The notes beneath the pieces are model-generated. The model was not told the DNA's origin. It saw only the letters and a list, made by a program, of their open reading frames with translations, and did not search any database. 64,000 bases of DNA from Cyanobacteriota bacterium (GTDB lineage Bacteria > Cyanobacteriota > Cyanobacteriia > PCC-6307 > Cyanobiaceae), in assembly GCA_046052125.1 (NCBI GenBank), contig JBJOMY010000001.1, positions 192,001 to 256,000 of the forward strand. Reading direction: 5' to 3'. Below are positions 19,801-29,246 of this stretch, one piece after another; the first letter of the stretch is position 1; each line of letters starts with the position of its first letter. The position numbers and the translations under genes were made by a program.

Positions 19801-20558
19801 ACGAAGGGGCTGTGCTCGCTCAGATAGCGCACGTGCTCCTTCATCTGCTCCGGACCGGTGGCGCAGTTGAGCCCGAGCACATCGATCGGGAATGGCTCCA
19901 GAATCGACACCACGGCGGCGATATCGGAGCCCACCAGCATCGTGCCGGTGGTTTCCATCGTCACGCTCACCATCAACGGCCGGCGCTGGCCGGTTTTGCT
20001 GAAGGCCTGCTCAATCCCTTGAAGCGCTGCCTTGATCTGCAAGACGTCTTGGCAGGTTTCGACGATGAACAGATCCACATCGCCGGCGATCAGCCCCTCG
20101 GCCTGCTCGGCGAAGGCATCGCGCAGTTCATCGAAGCCGATATGGCCCAGGGTGGGCAGCTTGGTGGTGGGGCCCATGGAGCCCGCCACGAAACGGGGTT
20201 TCTCCGGCGTGCTGTAGGCATCGGCCATCTCGCGCGCTAATTCAGCGGCGCGCTTGTTGAGCGCAAAGGCCTGATCCTGCAGGTCGTATTCCGCGAGCAC
20301 GGTGGAGGCCGCACCGAAGGTGTCGGTCTCGATCACATCGCAGCCCACCTCGAGGAACTGCCGGTGCACCGCTTGGACGGCATCGGGGCGGGTGAAGACC
20401 AGGTTCTCGTTGCAGCCCTCCAGGGCGGCGCCGCCGAAGTCTTCGGCGGTGAGATCCATCTGTTGCAGCGAGGTACCCGTCGCGCCGTCAAACACCAGCA
20501 CAGGGTGCTCCGGGCTATGCAGGCGCTCGAGGAAACCGATCCGTTGGGTGGCCAGCAT
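16899..20558 (-). CDS. metH: Cobalamin-dependent methionine synthase
   Basis: DGATGT, GLNCATG, GGCCGT, IIGERLN, B12-binding [21 protein letters not shown]. Confidence 0.98.
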   Translation of the reverse strand: MLATQRIGFLERLHSPEHPVLVFDGATGTSLQQMDLTAEDFGGAALEGCNENLVFTRPDAVQAVHRQFLEVGCDVIETDTFGAASTVLAEYDLQDQAFALNKRAAELAREMADAYSTPEKPRFVAGSMGPTTKLPTLGHIGFDELRDAFAEQAEGLIAGDVDLFIVETCQDVLQIKAALQGIEQAFSKTGQRRPLMVSVTMETTGTMLVGSDIAAVVSILEPFPIDVLGLNCATGPEQMKEHVRYLSEHSPFVVSCIPNAGLPENIGGVAHYRLTPVEMKMQLMHFVEDLGVQVIGGCCGTTPAHIGALAELAAELKPAPRPVRTPELRQSAEDPRPAFSYEPAAASLYGTTPYLQDNSFLIIGERLNASGSKKVRDLLAVEDWDGLVAVARGQVKENAHVLDVNVDYVGRDGERDMRELVSRLVTNVNLPLMLDSTEWQKMEAGLKMAGGKCILNSTNYEDGDERFFKVLELARDYGAGVVVGTIDEEGMARTAERKFVIAQRAYRDALEYGIPAHEIFYDPLALPISTGIEEDRENGLATVEAIRMIRQNLPGVHVVLGVSNVSFGLSPAARIVLNSVFLHDCCEAGMDAAIVSPAKILPLVKISEEHQQVCRDLINDNRRFDNGVCIYDPLTELTKLFEGVSAKEARASGPQLSDLPIEERLKQHIIDGERIGLEDALKIALERYKPLEIINTFLLDGMKVVGELFGSGQMQLPFVLQSAETMKSAVAFLEPLMDKVEGESSAKAKFLIATVKGDVHDIGKNLVDIILTNNGYEVINLGIKQPVEAIIEAQQKHQADCIAMSGLLVKSTAFMKDNLAAFNEAGIDVPVILGGAALTPRFVNKDCREVYQGQVIYGRDAFADLRFMDAYVAARDAEQWDNGRGFLAGAPEGLGLETAVEAEAAAEPAGDAAGTAPEAAAANESAATAPAEPNDHRSEAVPAEPALTPPFWGSQVLTEKEIPLEQVFAYLDRNALFAGQWQLRKAQGQSREDYEALLAEKAEPVLQQWMARCLDEQLLTPRVAYGYFPCGREGNSVVVFDPQQHSGAGERSIELGRFALPRQRSGNRYCIADFYQDLAGGQPTDVLPMQAVTMGEKATAFAQRLFKGDQYSDYLYFHGLGVQMAEALAEWVHARIRSELGFADPADMPLRDVLAQRYRGSRYSFGYPACPNVGDSRQQLAWLHTDRIGLSMDESDQLEPEQSTTALVALHSQARYFSA

Positions 20559-21475
20559 CAACCGTTCAGACGCACACGGGTGACCCAGTGATCGAAGGCC
20601 GGATCGCGGCCTTCAGTGATCGCGGTGAGGCGATCGCGGATGGCATCCATCACGGGGCGATTGGCGCTCAGATCGGTGTTCTCCACGCGGCGCACCGGCG
20701 TGACCTTGGCGGCAGTGCCGCTGAGGAACACCTCATCGGCGATGAACAGCTCGCTCTTGTCCACCGGGCGCTCCAAGGTGGGGATGCCCATGGTCTTAGC
20801 GAGTTCGAGCACGCTGGCGCGGGTGATGCCCTCGAGGATGTCCTGATCCACGCCAGGGGTGATCAGCACGCCATCGCGCACCAGGAACAGGTTCATGCCG
20901 CTGGCCTCGCTCACCTTGCCGCGGCTGTTGAGCAGCAGGGCTTCATCGAAGCCGCTCTTCACGGCTTCGGTTTTGGCCAGGGAGCTGGTGATGTAGGCGC
21001 CGCTGATCTTGCCGCGCAGGGGCAGGGAGCGATCTTCCTGGCGGGTCCAGGAGCTGATGCGGCAGCTCACGCCCTCGGGGGAGAGGTAGTCGCCCAGCTC
21101 GAGGCCGTAGATCAGGAAATCGGTCTCGATGTTGTGCAGCCGCGGCGCAATCCCCAGATCGCTGGTGTAGACGAAAGGCCGCAGATACACCGGGCAGGTG
21201 GGCTTGTTCGCTTGCAGGAATTGGTGAATGGCGCTGTGGATCGTGTCTTCGCTCAGCTCGGTGAGCAGCAGCCGGGCGCTCTGGCTCAGGCGGCGGGCAT
21301 GGCGATCAGCCCGGAACAGCAGGATCTCGTTGGCATCGGCCGGGTTCGGCAAAGCGCGCATGCCGCCGAAGGCACCGGTGCCGTAGTGCAGCGCATGGGT
21401 TGCCACCGACAGCGTGGCTTCGGCGAAGGGCACGCACTTGCCACCGAACCAGGCGTAGGGCAGAAACTGATGCAT
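20558..21475 (-). CDS. ilvE: Branched-chain amino acid aminotransferase
   Basis: [42 protein letters not shown]. Confidence 0.95.
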   Translation of the reverse strand: MHQFLPYAWFGGKCVPFAEATLSVATHALHYGTGAFGGMRALPNPADANEILLFRADRHARRLSQSARLLLTELSEDTIHSAIHQFLQANKPTCPVYLRPFVYTSDLGIAPRLHNIETDFLIYGLELGDYLSPEGVSCRISSWTRQEDRSLPLRGKISGAYITSSLAKTEAVKSGFDEALLLNSRGKVSEASGMNLFLVRDGVLITPGVDQDILEGITRASVLELAKTMGIPTLERPVDKSELFIADEVFLSGTAAKVTPVRRVENTDLSANRPVMDAIRDRLTAITEGRDPAFDHWVTRVRLNG

Positions 21476-21568
21476 TGGGTCGGTGGGGCTGCGCGGCCGC
21501 TGCTGCAGGTGATCTTCTCACCGGCCGGGTCCTGACTGTGAGCCCAGCGGCCCCGGCAGGATGGGGCC

Positions 21569-24500
21569 ATGCATCGCCTCGCCGCCGTTCCAGGCAGCAG
21601 CAGCCCTGGCGACGGGGTTCTGTTCATCGAACAACCAGCCGCTACCGCGGTGCTGCTCACCAGTGCGGACACCGATCTCACGGCGCTGGCGGGTCAGCTC
21701 GATCGCGATCCATCCCCCCTGGGCCCCGGCCGAAGCCTCGGCGGCCTAAACCTGGCGGCCCTCCAACACCCGGCGGTACTCGACCACTACATCCGCACCA
21801 GCCTTGCGCGGAGCGAGCTGGTGATCGTGCGGCTGCTGGGGGGACGCGGCCACTTCAGCTATGGACTGGAGCAACTGAGGGGCTGGGCCGAGGCACAACC
21901 CCAGCGGCAGTTGATGGTGCTCTCGGGCACCGCCGAGGAGGAAGCCAGCCTGGTGGAGCTGGGCACCGTTCCCCCTGGCCTGGCCCTGGCCTGCAGTCGC
22001 TGCCTGCGTGAGGGCGGCCCCGCGAACTGGCACGCCGTGCTGGAGAGCCTCAGGGCTCACCTCAATCGAGAGCAGCTCCAGCTGCCTGAGCCGCAGGCCT
22101 TGGCGGATCCACAAACGCACGACTGGCGGGATGAGCCCGGGTCGCGGGTGGGCGTGGTGCTCTACCGGGCCTTGCTGCAGGCGGGGGATCTCCGTCTTGC
22201 GGAGGTGTTGCTGGAAACCATGCGCCAGGCGGGCCTGGCACCGCGTGCTCTCTGGATCAGCAGCCTGCGCGATCCGGCCGTGCAGCAGGGGGTGGCGGAT
22301 CTGTTCGAGCGGGAGCAGGTGCAGGCGGTGCTCTGCACCACCTCCTTCGCCTCGGTGCAGTTCAGCGAAGCCGGGCTTGGCGCACCGCTATGGGAACGGC
22401 TGGGGGTACCCGTGCTTCAACTGCTCTGCAGCACCCAGAGCCGCGAGAGCTGGAAGGAGAGCAGCGTGGGCTTGGCGCCCCTGGATCTCACGCTGCAGAT
22501 CGCGTTGCCGGAGCTGGATGGACGCATCACCACCCGGGTGGGCGCCTTCAAGGAGGCCCAACGGGCCGATGCGCGGCTCTCCACGGCGCTGCTCAGCTAC
22601 GAGCCCGATCGAGAACGTCTGGCCTGGGTCTGCCAGCTGATCGCCCGCTGGTGCGAGCTGCGGGTCACGCCAGCGCCGCAACGGCGTCTGGCCCTGGTGC
22701 TCGCCAATTACCCCACCCGCAACAGCCGCCTCGCCAATGGCGTCGGGCTCGACACGCCGGCCAGCGCCGCATCGATGTTGCACTGGCTGGCGGAGGCCGG
22801 CTACAGGCTTGGCGATGGCGAACTGCCCGCCGATGGCGATGCGTTGATCCAGCTGCTGCTGGCGGGCCGCAGCAACGATCCCGAAAGCCTGCATCGGCCT
22901 GCCCTGGCCAACCTGCCCCTGGCGGATTACGAGGCCTGGTACGCCGAACTGCCCCTGGAAGGGCGTGAACGCCTGGAAGCGCGCTGGGGGCCTCCAGGCT
23001 CCGATCCGCAGCTGGAAGCGGCGGGATTTCCGATCCAGGCCCTGCGTTTCGGCCAGGTGATCGTGCTGATCCAGCCCGAGCGCGGCTACGACCGCGACCC
23101 CAGCCTCAGTTACCACTCACCTGATCTGCCACCACCCCACGCTTACCTGGCCCAGTACCTCTGGCTGCGGCAGGTGGCTGGCGTGCAGCTGATTTGCCAT
23201 GTGGGCAAACATGGCAACCTCGAGTGGCTGCCTGGCAAGGGGCTTGGCCTGTCGAGCAGCTGTTACCCGGAGTGGGCGCTGGGGCCCATGCCGCACATCT
23301 ATCCCTTCATCGTTAACGACCCCGGCGAAGGCTCCCAGGCCAAGCGTCGATCCCAGGCGGTGATCCTCGATCACCTCACACCGCCCCTCGGTCGCGCCGG
23401 GCTACACGGCGATCTGCGCGAGCTGGAAGCCCTGATCGACGAGTACTGGGAGGCGATGCAGCTCGGCAGTGCCCGCAGCGAGCCACTGCGGGGCCAGGTG
23501 CTGCAGCGGCTGGCGGTGTTGCAGCTCCCGGATCTCCTGACAGGCGTGGAGGGCGGCGACCCCCTCGATGCCGCCGATGGCTACCTGTGCGAGCTCAAGG
23601 AAGCGCAGGTGCGCACGGGCCTGCACCGCTTCGGAGTGCTGCCGGAGCCGGCGGCGTTGGCTGAACTGCTCAGCTGCCTGGCGCGCCCTCCCCAGGATCA
23701 GGGTCTCGGCCTCACCCAGGCCATCGCCCGCGATCTCGAGCTCGAGCTGGATCCCTGGGCTGAACCGGAGGAAGCACCGCTCAGCGAGACCGACACCCAG
23801 CGACTCCAGACCCTCGGTGTGATGCTCCCGCGCCACGCCGGCGATGCGGTGGAGTGGCTGGAGGCCCAGGCAGCCGACCTGTGCAGCGAGCTGATCGCCG
23901 GTCGGCGCCCCACCAAAACAGCGGGAGCTGAAACCGAACGCGTTCTGGATCGGTTGCAAAACGGCCTGCTCCCCAACTTGCTCCGCTGCGGCACCGCCGA
24001 GCAGCAGGCCTTCCTCACGGCTGTGGCCGGAGGCCGCATTGCCGCCGGCCCCTCCGGGGCTCCCACCCGCGGGCGGCCGGATCTGTTGCCCACGGGGCGC
24101 AACTTCTACAGCGTGGATCTGCGGGCCCTGCCCACCGAAGCGGCCTGGGATTTGGGGCGCCGAAGCGCGGAGCTGCTGCTCGATCAACACCTGATGCAGG
24201 AGGGCGAGCCCCTGCGCCATCTCGCCCTCTCGGTGTGGGGCACCAGCACCATGCGCAACGGCGGCGAAGACATCGCCCAGGCCTTGGCGCTGCTGGGGGT
24301 TCGCCCTCTTTGGGATGGTCCGAGCCGGCGTCTGGTGGACCTGGAACTGATCCCGCTGCTGCATCTGGGCCGCCCACGCGTGGATGTGACGGTGCGGATC
24401 TCGGGCCTGTTCCGCGATGCCTTCCCGCAGCTCGTGGCCTGGCTCAATCGCGCTACGGCTCTGGTGGCGGCGGCTGACGAACCCGAGGCGGACAACCCTC

Positions 24501-25276
24501 TGGCGGCGGCAGCCCGGCGCGATGGGCATGCGTGGCGCGTCTATGGCTCGGCGCCCGGGGCCTACGGGGCCGGCCTGCAAGGGCTGATCGACAGCGGCGA
24601 GTGGGAAACCCGCGCCGACCTGGCGGCCGCCTACCTCAACTGGAGCAGCTGGCGCTACGAGGGTCTCGGCGGCGCTGATGGCAGCAGCATGCGCCTCGAG
24701 ATCCAGGCGGATCGCCAGGGGTTTGAGCAGCGGCTGGGGTCGGTGCAGGTGGTGCTCCACAACCAGGACAACCGCGAACACGACCTGTTCGATTCCGACG
24801 ACTACTACCAGTTCCAGGGCGGCCTCTCCGCTGCCGTGGAGGCCGTGTCTGGCCAGGCGCCACAACTGTGGTTCGGCGATCACTCCCGCCATCAGCGACC
24901 CCGGATGCACCGACTCGAGCGGGAGTTCGACAAGGTGCTGCGCTCCCGCGTGCTCAATCCACGCTGGATCGAGGGGATGCAACAACACGGCTACAAGGGC
25001 GGCTTCGAGATGGCCGCCAGCCTCGACTACCTGTTCGCCTACGACGCCAGCACCGGCCGCGTGCCCGACTGGAGCTATGGCGCCATCACCGAGCAGTGGC
25101 TGGGGGATGAACAGGTGCTCACCTTCCTCAAGCAGGCCAACCCCTGGGCCCTGCGCGACATGGCCGAGCGCCTGCTGGAGGCCCACAACCGCGGCCTCTG
25201 GAGCGGAGCACAAAAAAACCAGCTGGAGCAGTTGCGCCAGCTGGTGCTTGAGGCTGAACAGCTTGTGGAGGGTTAA
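21569..25276 (+). CDS. cobN: Cobaltochelatase subunit CobN
   Basis: MHRLA, LPELDGRI, GVGLDTP, HVGKHGNLEWLPGK, LPTGRNFY, SGLFRDAFP, NPRWIEGM. Confidence 0.97.
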   Translation: MHRLAAVPGSSSPGDGVLFIEQPAATAVLLTSADTDLTALAGQLDRDPSPLGPGRSLGGLNLAALQHPAVLDHYIRTSLARSELVIVRLLGGRGHFSYGLEQLRGWAEAQPQRQLMVLSGTAEEEASLVELGTVPPGLALACSRCLREGGPANWHAVLESLRAHLNREQLQLPEPQALADPQTHDWRDEPGSRVGVVLYRALLQAGDLRLAEVLLETMRQAGLAPRALWISSLRDPAVQQGVADLFEREQVQAVLCTTSFASVQFSEAGLGAPLWERLGVPVLQLLCSTQSRESWKESSVGLAPLDLTLQIALPELDGRITTRVGAFKEAQRADARLSTALLSYEPDRERLAWVCQLIARWCELRVTPAPQRRLALVLANYPTRNSRLANGVGLDTPASAASMLHWLAEAGYRLGDGELPADGDALIQLLLAGRSNDPESLHRPALANLPLADYEAWYAELPLEGRERLEARWGPPGSDPQLEAAGFPIQALRFGQVIVLIQPERGYDRDPSLSYHSPDLPPPHAYLAQYLWLRQVAGVQLICHVGKHGNLEWLPGKGLGLSSSCYPEWALGPMPHIYPFIVNDPGEGSQAKRRSQAVILDHLTPPLGRAGLHGDLRELEALIDEYWEAMQLGSARSEPLRGQVLQRLAVLQLPDLLTGVEGGDPLDAADGYLCELKEAQVRTGLHRFGVLPEPAALAELLSCLARPPQDQGLGLTQAIARDLELELDPWAEPEEAPLSETDTQRLQTLGVMLPRHAGDAVEWLEAQAADLCSELIAGRRPTKTAGAETERVLDRLQNGLLPNLLRCGTAEQQAFLTAVAGGRIAAGPSGAPTRGRPDLLPTGRNFYSVDLRALPTEAAWDLGRRSAELLLDQHLMQEGEPLRHLALSVWGTSTMRNGGEDIAQALALLGVRPLWDGPSRRLVDLELIPLLHLGRPRVDVTVRISGLFRDAFPQLVAWLNRATALVAAADEPEADNPLAAAARRDGHAWRVYGSAPGAYGAGLQGLIDSGEWETRADLAAAYLNWSSWRYEGLGGADGSSMRLEIQADRQGFEQRLGSVQVVLHNQDNREHDLFDSDDYYQFQGGLSAAVEAVSGQAPQLWFGDHSRHQRPRMHRLEREFDKVLRSRVLNPRWIEGMQQHGYKGGFEMAASLDYLFAYDASTGRVPDWSYGAITEQWLGDEQVLTFLKQANPWALRDMAERLLEAHNRGLWSGAQKNQLEQLRQLVLEAEQLVEG

Positions 25277-25289
25277 CCCCTCAGCTGAT

Positions 25290-25802
25290 TCAGAGGTCCT
25301 TCACCCAGCCCTTGAAGCCGTCGATGTCGCCGGGCTTGCTGGGCTGTTGGCTGCTGATCTGAGGCTGGGCTTCGCTGCTGGCGGCCTTGCGGGGAGCCAC
25401 GCCGGGGGCGTTGGTGGCCACGGCCGAGCCCTTCTTGCGCTGCTCCAGCTCTGCCTTGCTCATCTGCTCGGCGAAGGTCTTCTTCACGGGCTTGGGGATA
25501 CCGCCGGTGAGATTGATCTCGGTTTCCTTCTCCACAGCACCACCGAGGCCAGGGGTGGCCTTCTCGCGGCGCATCTCCATGGAGGCCACCTCTTCGATGA
25601 GCTCCTTGTCGCCAGGGCTGCTGGCCGTACCCGGGAAGGTGTGGCGGATGGTGTTGGAGCGGCGCATGAACTCCACGTTGCCCATGCTGCTGGAGGAATC
25701 CGCGTCCAGGAAGAAGGCGTCTTCCTTTTTGGCGGGCTTCTTTGCCTCAGCGGTGCCGGTCACCGACTTGTTGCCACCGAGCAGACGATCGAACAGGCCC
25801 AT
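25290..25802 (-). CDS. Hypothetical protein
   Basis: MGLFDRLLGG...DAFFLDAD...IRHTFPG; strong GC3 bias. Confidence 0.75.
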   Translation of the reverse strand: MGLFDRLLGGNKSVTGTAEAKKPAKKEDAFFLDADSSSSMGNVEFMRRSNTIRHTFPGTASSPGDKELIEEVASMEMRREKATPGLGGAVEKETEINLTGGIPKPVKKTFAEQMSKAELEQRKKGSAVATNAPGVAPRKAASSEAQPQISSQQPSKPGDIDGFKGWVKDL

Positions 25803-25828
25803 CGGCAGGGATGAATGCTTGGGGAACC

Positions 25829-26476
25829 CTAGCGGCCACAGAGCTCTAGGCCATGGGTATCGGTTCCGCAACTTCGCAGAAGTGCGTGATCGTCGAGCAA
25901 TCGGGCGATCGCATCACACACCACCGGGGTGGGTTGCCAGTGGGGTTGCAGGTCGTAGTCGTAGTAGGCCTCCGCACCGTCAAAGCCCAGGGCGGCAGCA
26001 GCCGGAATCAGCCGTTGAAAGCTGAGCCGGTAGCGGCCTGGATGGGCCAGAACCGCCAGGCCGCCGGCGTCATGGATGCGGCGCACCACTTCGCGGGCCT
26101 GGAGCGGCTCCCCCACGGGAGCCTGTCCCTGGCGATAGGGATCGAGGGCGCTGTGCCCCGGTTCGAAACCGAGGGCCAACACGTGCACCAGGCAGCTCTC
26201 CAGAAGGCAGCTGATCTCCACGCCGCTCCACAGGGTGGGAACCACTGCCCCGGCATCGGCCTGCTCAGCAAACCAGCGCTGCAGGGGGGCAAACGCCTGC
26301 GTGGAGTGGTGGTCGGTCACCGCGAGGTGCTGCAAACCGACGATCAACGCCTGTTCGCCCAGCTGCTGCGGCCGCAGGCTGCCATCGCTGTGGATGGTGT
26401 GACAGTGGAAGTTCAGGGTGCTGGGGCAGCTGCCCGGTTGCACCTGCTCGAGCACCGCCCGCAGCGGGTGAGCCAT
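25829..26476 (-). CDS. PHP domain metal-dependent phosphoesterase
   Basis: HCHT-x2-SDG, TDHH, GVEIS, AHPGRY, GTDTHG. Confidence 0.9.
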   Translation of the reverse strand: MAHPLRAVLEQVQPGSCPSTLNFHCHTIHSDGSLRPQQLGEQALIVGLQHLAVTDHHSTQAFAPLQRWFAEQADAGAVVPTLWSGVEISCLLESCLVHVLALGFEPGHSALDPYRQGQAPVGEPLQAREVVRRIHDAGGLAVLAHPGRYRLSFQRLIPAAAALGFDGAEAYYDYDLQPHWQPTPVVCDAIARLLDDHALLRSCGTDTHGLELCGR

Positions 26477-26484
26477 GGCGATCC

Positions 26485-27078
26485 TTAAGCCGCGCCTGAG
26501 GCAGCTTCTCGTTCAGCCCGGAGACGGCGCCAGCGGGCATAGAACTGAATCGAAGCGGCCATGAACACCACCAGGGCCACGATGAACCAGGTGGCGGCGC
26601 CGGTGGGGAACTGGTTCTTAAACACCACCAGCATCACCACGATCACCAGCAGGAGCGTGGGCAGCTCGTTCAGGGCCCGCAGCTGCTTCGGGCTCCACCC
26701 GCAGGTTCCCGCCTGGAGCTGCCCCATCAGCCGATAGCAAAAGAAGTGATAGGCCAGCAGCGCCGCCACAAAGCCGAGCTTGGCGTGCATCCAGCCCTGC
26801 TGCAACCAGGCCGGGTTGCTCACCAACAGGCCCACGGCCATGGTCACCGCCACCACCATGCCAGGGGTGGTGATGATGTTGGCCAAGCGTTTCTCCATCA
26901 GGCCGTATTGGGCCTGAAAGGGCTCCCGCAGTGCCGGCTCCAGCTCTTCGGCTTCGCGGTGATAGATGAACAGCCGCACAAGATAGAAGAGCCCGGCAAA
27001 CCACACCACCACGCCCACGATGTGGAGCGTTTTGAACCAGAGGTAGGCCTCAGGGGGCAGGGCTGCCAGGGCGATCAC
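26485..27078 (-). CDS. hemJ: Protoporphyrinogen oxidase HemJ
   Basis: YLWFKTLHIVGVVVWFAGLFYLVRLFIYH, MEKRL, WMHAKL, NELPT. Confidence 0.93.
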   Translation of the reverse strand: MIALAALPPEAYLWFKTLHIVGVVVWFAGLFYLVRLFIYHREAEELEPALREPFQAQYGLMEKRLANIITTPGMVVAVTMAVGLLVSNPAWLQQGWMHAKLGFVAALLAYHFFCYRLMGQLQAGTCGWSPKQLRALNELPTLLLVIVVMLVVFKNQFPTGAATWFIVALVVFMAASIQFYARWRRLRAEREAASGAA

Positions 27079-27308
27079 AGTCCGGTGCCGAACAGGCCAT
27101 CAAGGTAAAGCTCGCGCACTTCAGGGCGTGCACCGCCCTGTTGCACCAGGAACTGAGCCAGGGCGGTCTGCAGCAGGCGGCCTGGATCGAGATTTGGGCG
27201 CTGAGCCACATAGCCCTCCACAGCACGAGCCAGATCGATCGGTAGCTCCACATCCAGGGCCCGCACCTCAGCGCCATCTGCACTAGGGGTAGTGGGGTCC
27301 TGGCTCAT
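27075..27308 (-). CDS. DUF2811-like small protein
   Basis: ELPIDL...LLQTALAQFLVQQG...YLDGLF; stop overlaps the hemJ start. Confidence 0.7.
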   Translation of the reverse strand: MSQDPTTPSADGAEVRALDVELPIDLARAVEGYVAQRPNLDPGRLLQTALAQFLVQQGGARPEVRELYLDGLFGTGL

Positions 27309-27357
27309 CGTTCTAGATGTGGTGGCAGGCAAAGGATCCGCCGCGAGGATGCCCCTG

Positions 27358-28923
27358 TCAAGCAACCGTTGCAACCATTGCGTGGGCAGCCATCTCGCAA
27401 CGATGGCGCTCCGCGGCAGCGCGGATCAGCTCCAGTTCCTCAGCGGGCAGCTTCTCCAGCTGCTTCATCACCAGGCCCATGCGGGGATTGCGGCGCAGGC
27501 TCTCCTGATGCAGCGCCAGGAAATCCCAGTAGAGGCTGTTGAACGGGCAGGCCCGCTCGCCGTGGCGCTGTTTCACGTCGTAGCGGCAGCTCTGGCAGTA
27601 GCTGCTCATCCGCTTGATGTAGTTGCCACTGGCGGCGTAGGGCTTGCTGGCAAGCCGGCCGCCGTCGGCGAACACACCCATTCCGATCACGTTGGTCTGC
27701 ATCACCCAGTCGTGGCCGTCGATGAACATGCGGTGGAACCAGGCGGTGAGGGCCTGGGGGTTCAAGCCGGCGATCAGGCCGTAATTGGCCAGCACCATCA
27801 GGCGTTGGATGTGGTGGGCGTAGCCGCTGCTGCGCAACTCAGCGAACACCGTGTCGAGGCAGCGCAGCCCACTGCCCCCCAACTGCTCAAAACTCGCCGG
27901 CAGGGGTTGATCGGCCTCGAAGTGATTTAGGGCGGGATAGTCGGGTCCAAACCACTGGTAGAGACCGTGGGTGTACTCCCGCCAGCCCAGGATCTGGCGA
28001 ATCACCCCCTCCAGCCCAGCCAGCGGTACCTGCTGCTCCAACCCGGCCTGCTCCAACCGGCGGACCACCTCCAGCGGATGCAGTAACCCCAGGTTGAGAT
28101 AGGGCGAGAGCAGCGCATGCCAGAGCGTGGGCTCCCCCGTCACCATCGCGTCCTGGTAGGGCCCGAAACCGGCCAGGCGCGTAGCAATGAAATGCTCCAG
28201 CACCTCCAGCGCCTGCGCCCGGGTGACGGCCCAGCGGAACGGCTCAAGATCCCCAGGCAAGGCGGCGTGCCCATCCGCCTCGCGCTGCGCATCCAGCTGG
28301 CGCACCTTGTCGATCACTGCCTGGGTGATCGCATCCGGTTCAAACCACAACGGCTGCGGACCTTTGAGGCCCTTCGGCGGCGGTTTGCGGTTATCGGCAT
28401 CGAAATTCCACTGCCCACCGAGCGGCTGGGCGGCCTTGCCCGAGCCCTCCATCAACACGCCGAAGCGGCGGCGACTCTCCCGGTAAAACAGCTCCAGGCG
28501 CAGTTGCTTGTAGCCCGCGGCCCAAGCGGCGAAGTCGCGGCGGCTCCAGAGGAAGGCGTTGCTCGGCACCCACACCAGCGGCACAGGCAGTTGCAACCGC
28601 TCGATGGCGGCGCGGAACCCGCGATCGGCCGGTTCCATCACTCGCAGTTCGCGAATGCCGTTCGCCTCGATCCAAGCGCTCACGGCCTCGGAAAAGCGCT
28701 CGGTTTCGAGGTGATCCACCGTCCAGCCCTGCTCCTTGAGCTCGGCGGCGAAGTGGCGCATCGCGCTCCACACCAGCACCAGCTTCTGGCGGTGGTAGGC
28801 CCGCTGCTGAAGCACGGAGCTGCTTTCCACCAGCAACACCCTCGCCTGATCAGGGGCCAGTCCTGCGAGGGCCGCTTGTTCGCCGTTGAGCTGATCGCCC
28901 AGGACCCAGATTCCGATCGTCAT
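27358..28923 (-). CDS. Fe-S cryptochrome/photolyase (PhrB/CryB-like, FeS-BCP class)
   Basis: LGDQL, HRQKL, AMRHFA, GGQWNFDADNR, FGPYQDAM, YAHHIQRLM; Cys in LRCL, YCQSC and ACPFN. Confidence 0.93.
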   Translation of the reverse strand: MTIGIWVLGDQLNGEQAALAGLAPDQARVLLVESSSVLQQRAYHRQKLVLVWSAMRHFAAELKEQGWTVDHLETERFSEAVSAWIEANGIRELRVMEPADRGFRAAIERLQLPVPLVWVPSNAFLWSRRDFAAWAAGYKQLRLELFYRESRRRFGVLMEGSGKAAQPLGGQWNFDADNRKPPPKGLKGPQPLWFEPDAITQAVIDKVRQLDAQREADGHAALPGDLEPFRWAVTRAQALEVLEHFIATRLAGFGPYQDAMVTGEPTLWHALLSPYLNLGLLHPLEVVRRLEQAGLEQQVPLAGLEGVIRQILGWREYTHGLYQWFGPDYPALNHFEADQPLPASFEQLGGSGLRCLDTVFAELRSSGYAHHIQRLMVLANYGLIAGLNPQALTAWFHRMFIDGHDWVMQTNVIGMGVFADGGRLASKPYAASGNYIKRMSSYCQSCRYDVKQRHGERACPFNSLYWDFLALHQESLRRNPRMGLVMKQLEKLPAEELELIRAAAERHRCEMAAHAMVATVA

Positions 28924-28937
28924 CGCAGTCCCCCGGC

Positions 28938-29246
28938 TCAAGCCGCCGCTTCGCCCGCCAGCCGGCAGGCCTTGCGAGCCAGGGCTGCGGCATATCCCCG
29001 CTCCACCAGGCCGGCGGCCGGGCTGAGGGAACCGGTGCGGCAGTCAACGGTGAGGCGTTCGCGGTGACCGAGTTGATCGCTCACCCGCATGCGCAGCTGG
29101 AAGTGGTGCTTGGCGCTGCGGGTGATCTCATCACCGCAGATCGGCCCCACGCACAGGCCCGGTGCGGCAAACACCGGTGCTGCGATCCCCAGAGCCATGC
29201 ACAGAACAAGCAACAGCCCTGGTAGTCCGGAGCGGATCCTCTTCAA
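28938..29246 (-). CDS. Small exported Cys-containing hypothetical protein
   Basis: Signal peptide ending in VFA; CVGPIC, VDC and ACR; overlaps the uvrC stop. Confidence 0.7.
   Translation of the reverse strand: MKRIRSGLPGLLLVLCMALGIAAPVFAAPGLCVGPICGDEITRSAKHHFQLRMRVSDQLGHRERLTVDCRTGSLSPAAGLVERGYAAALARKACRLAGEAAA

Noticed and set aside
21476..21568. Cobalamin riboswitch near metH/cobN
   Set aside because: Gap of 93 bp is too short and lacks the B12-box motifs
23402..25213. 603 aa ORF antisense to cobN, and similar long antisense ORFs over metH, ribBA, DUF3370 and htpG
   Set aside because: Codon-aligned antisense frames lack stops in GC-rich genes; translations look non-biological
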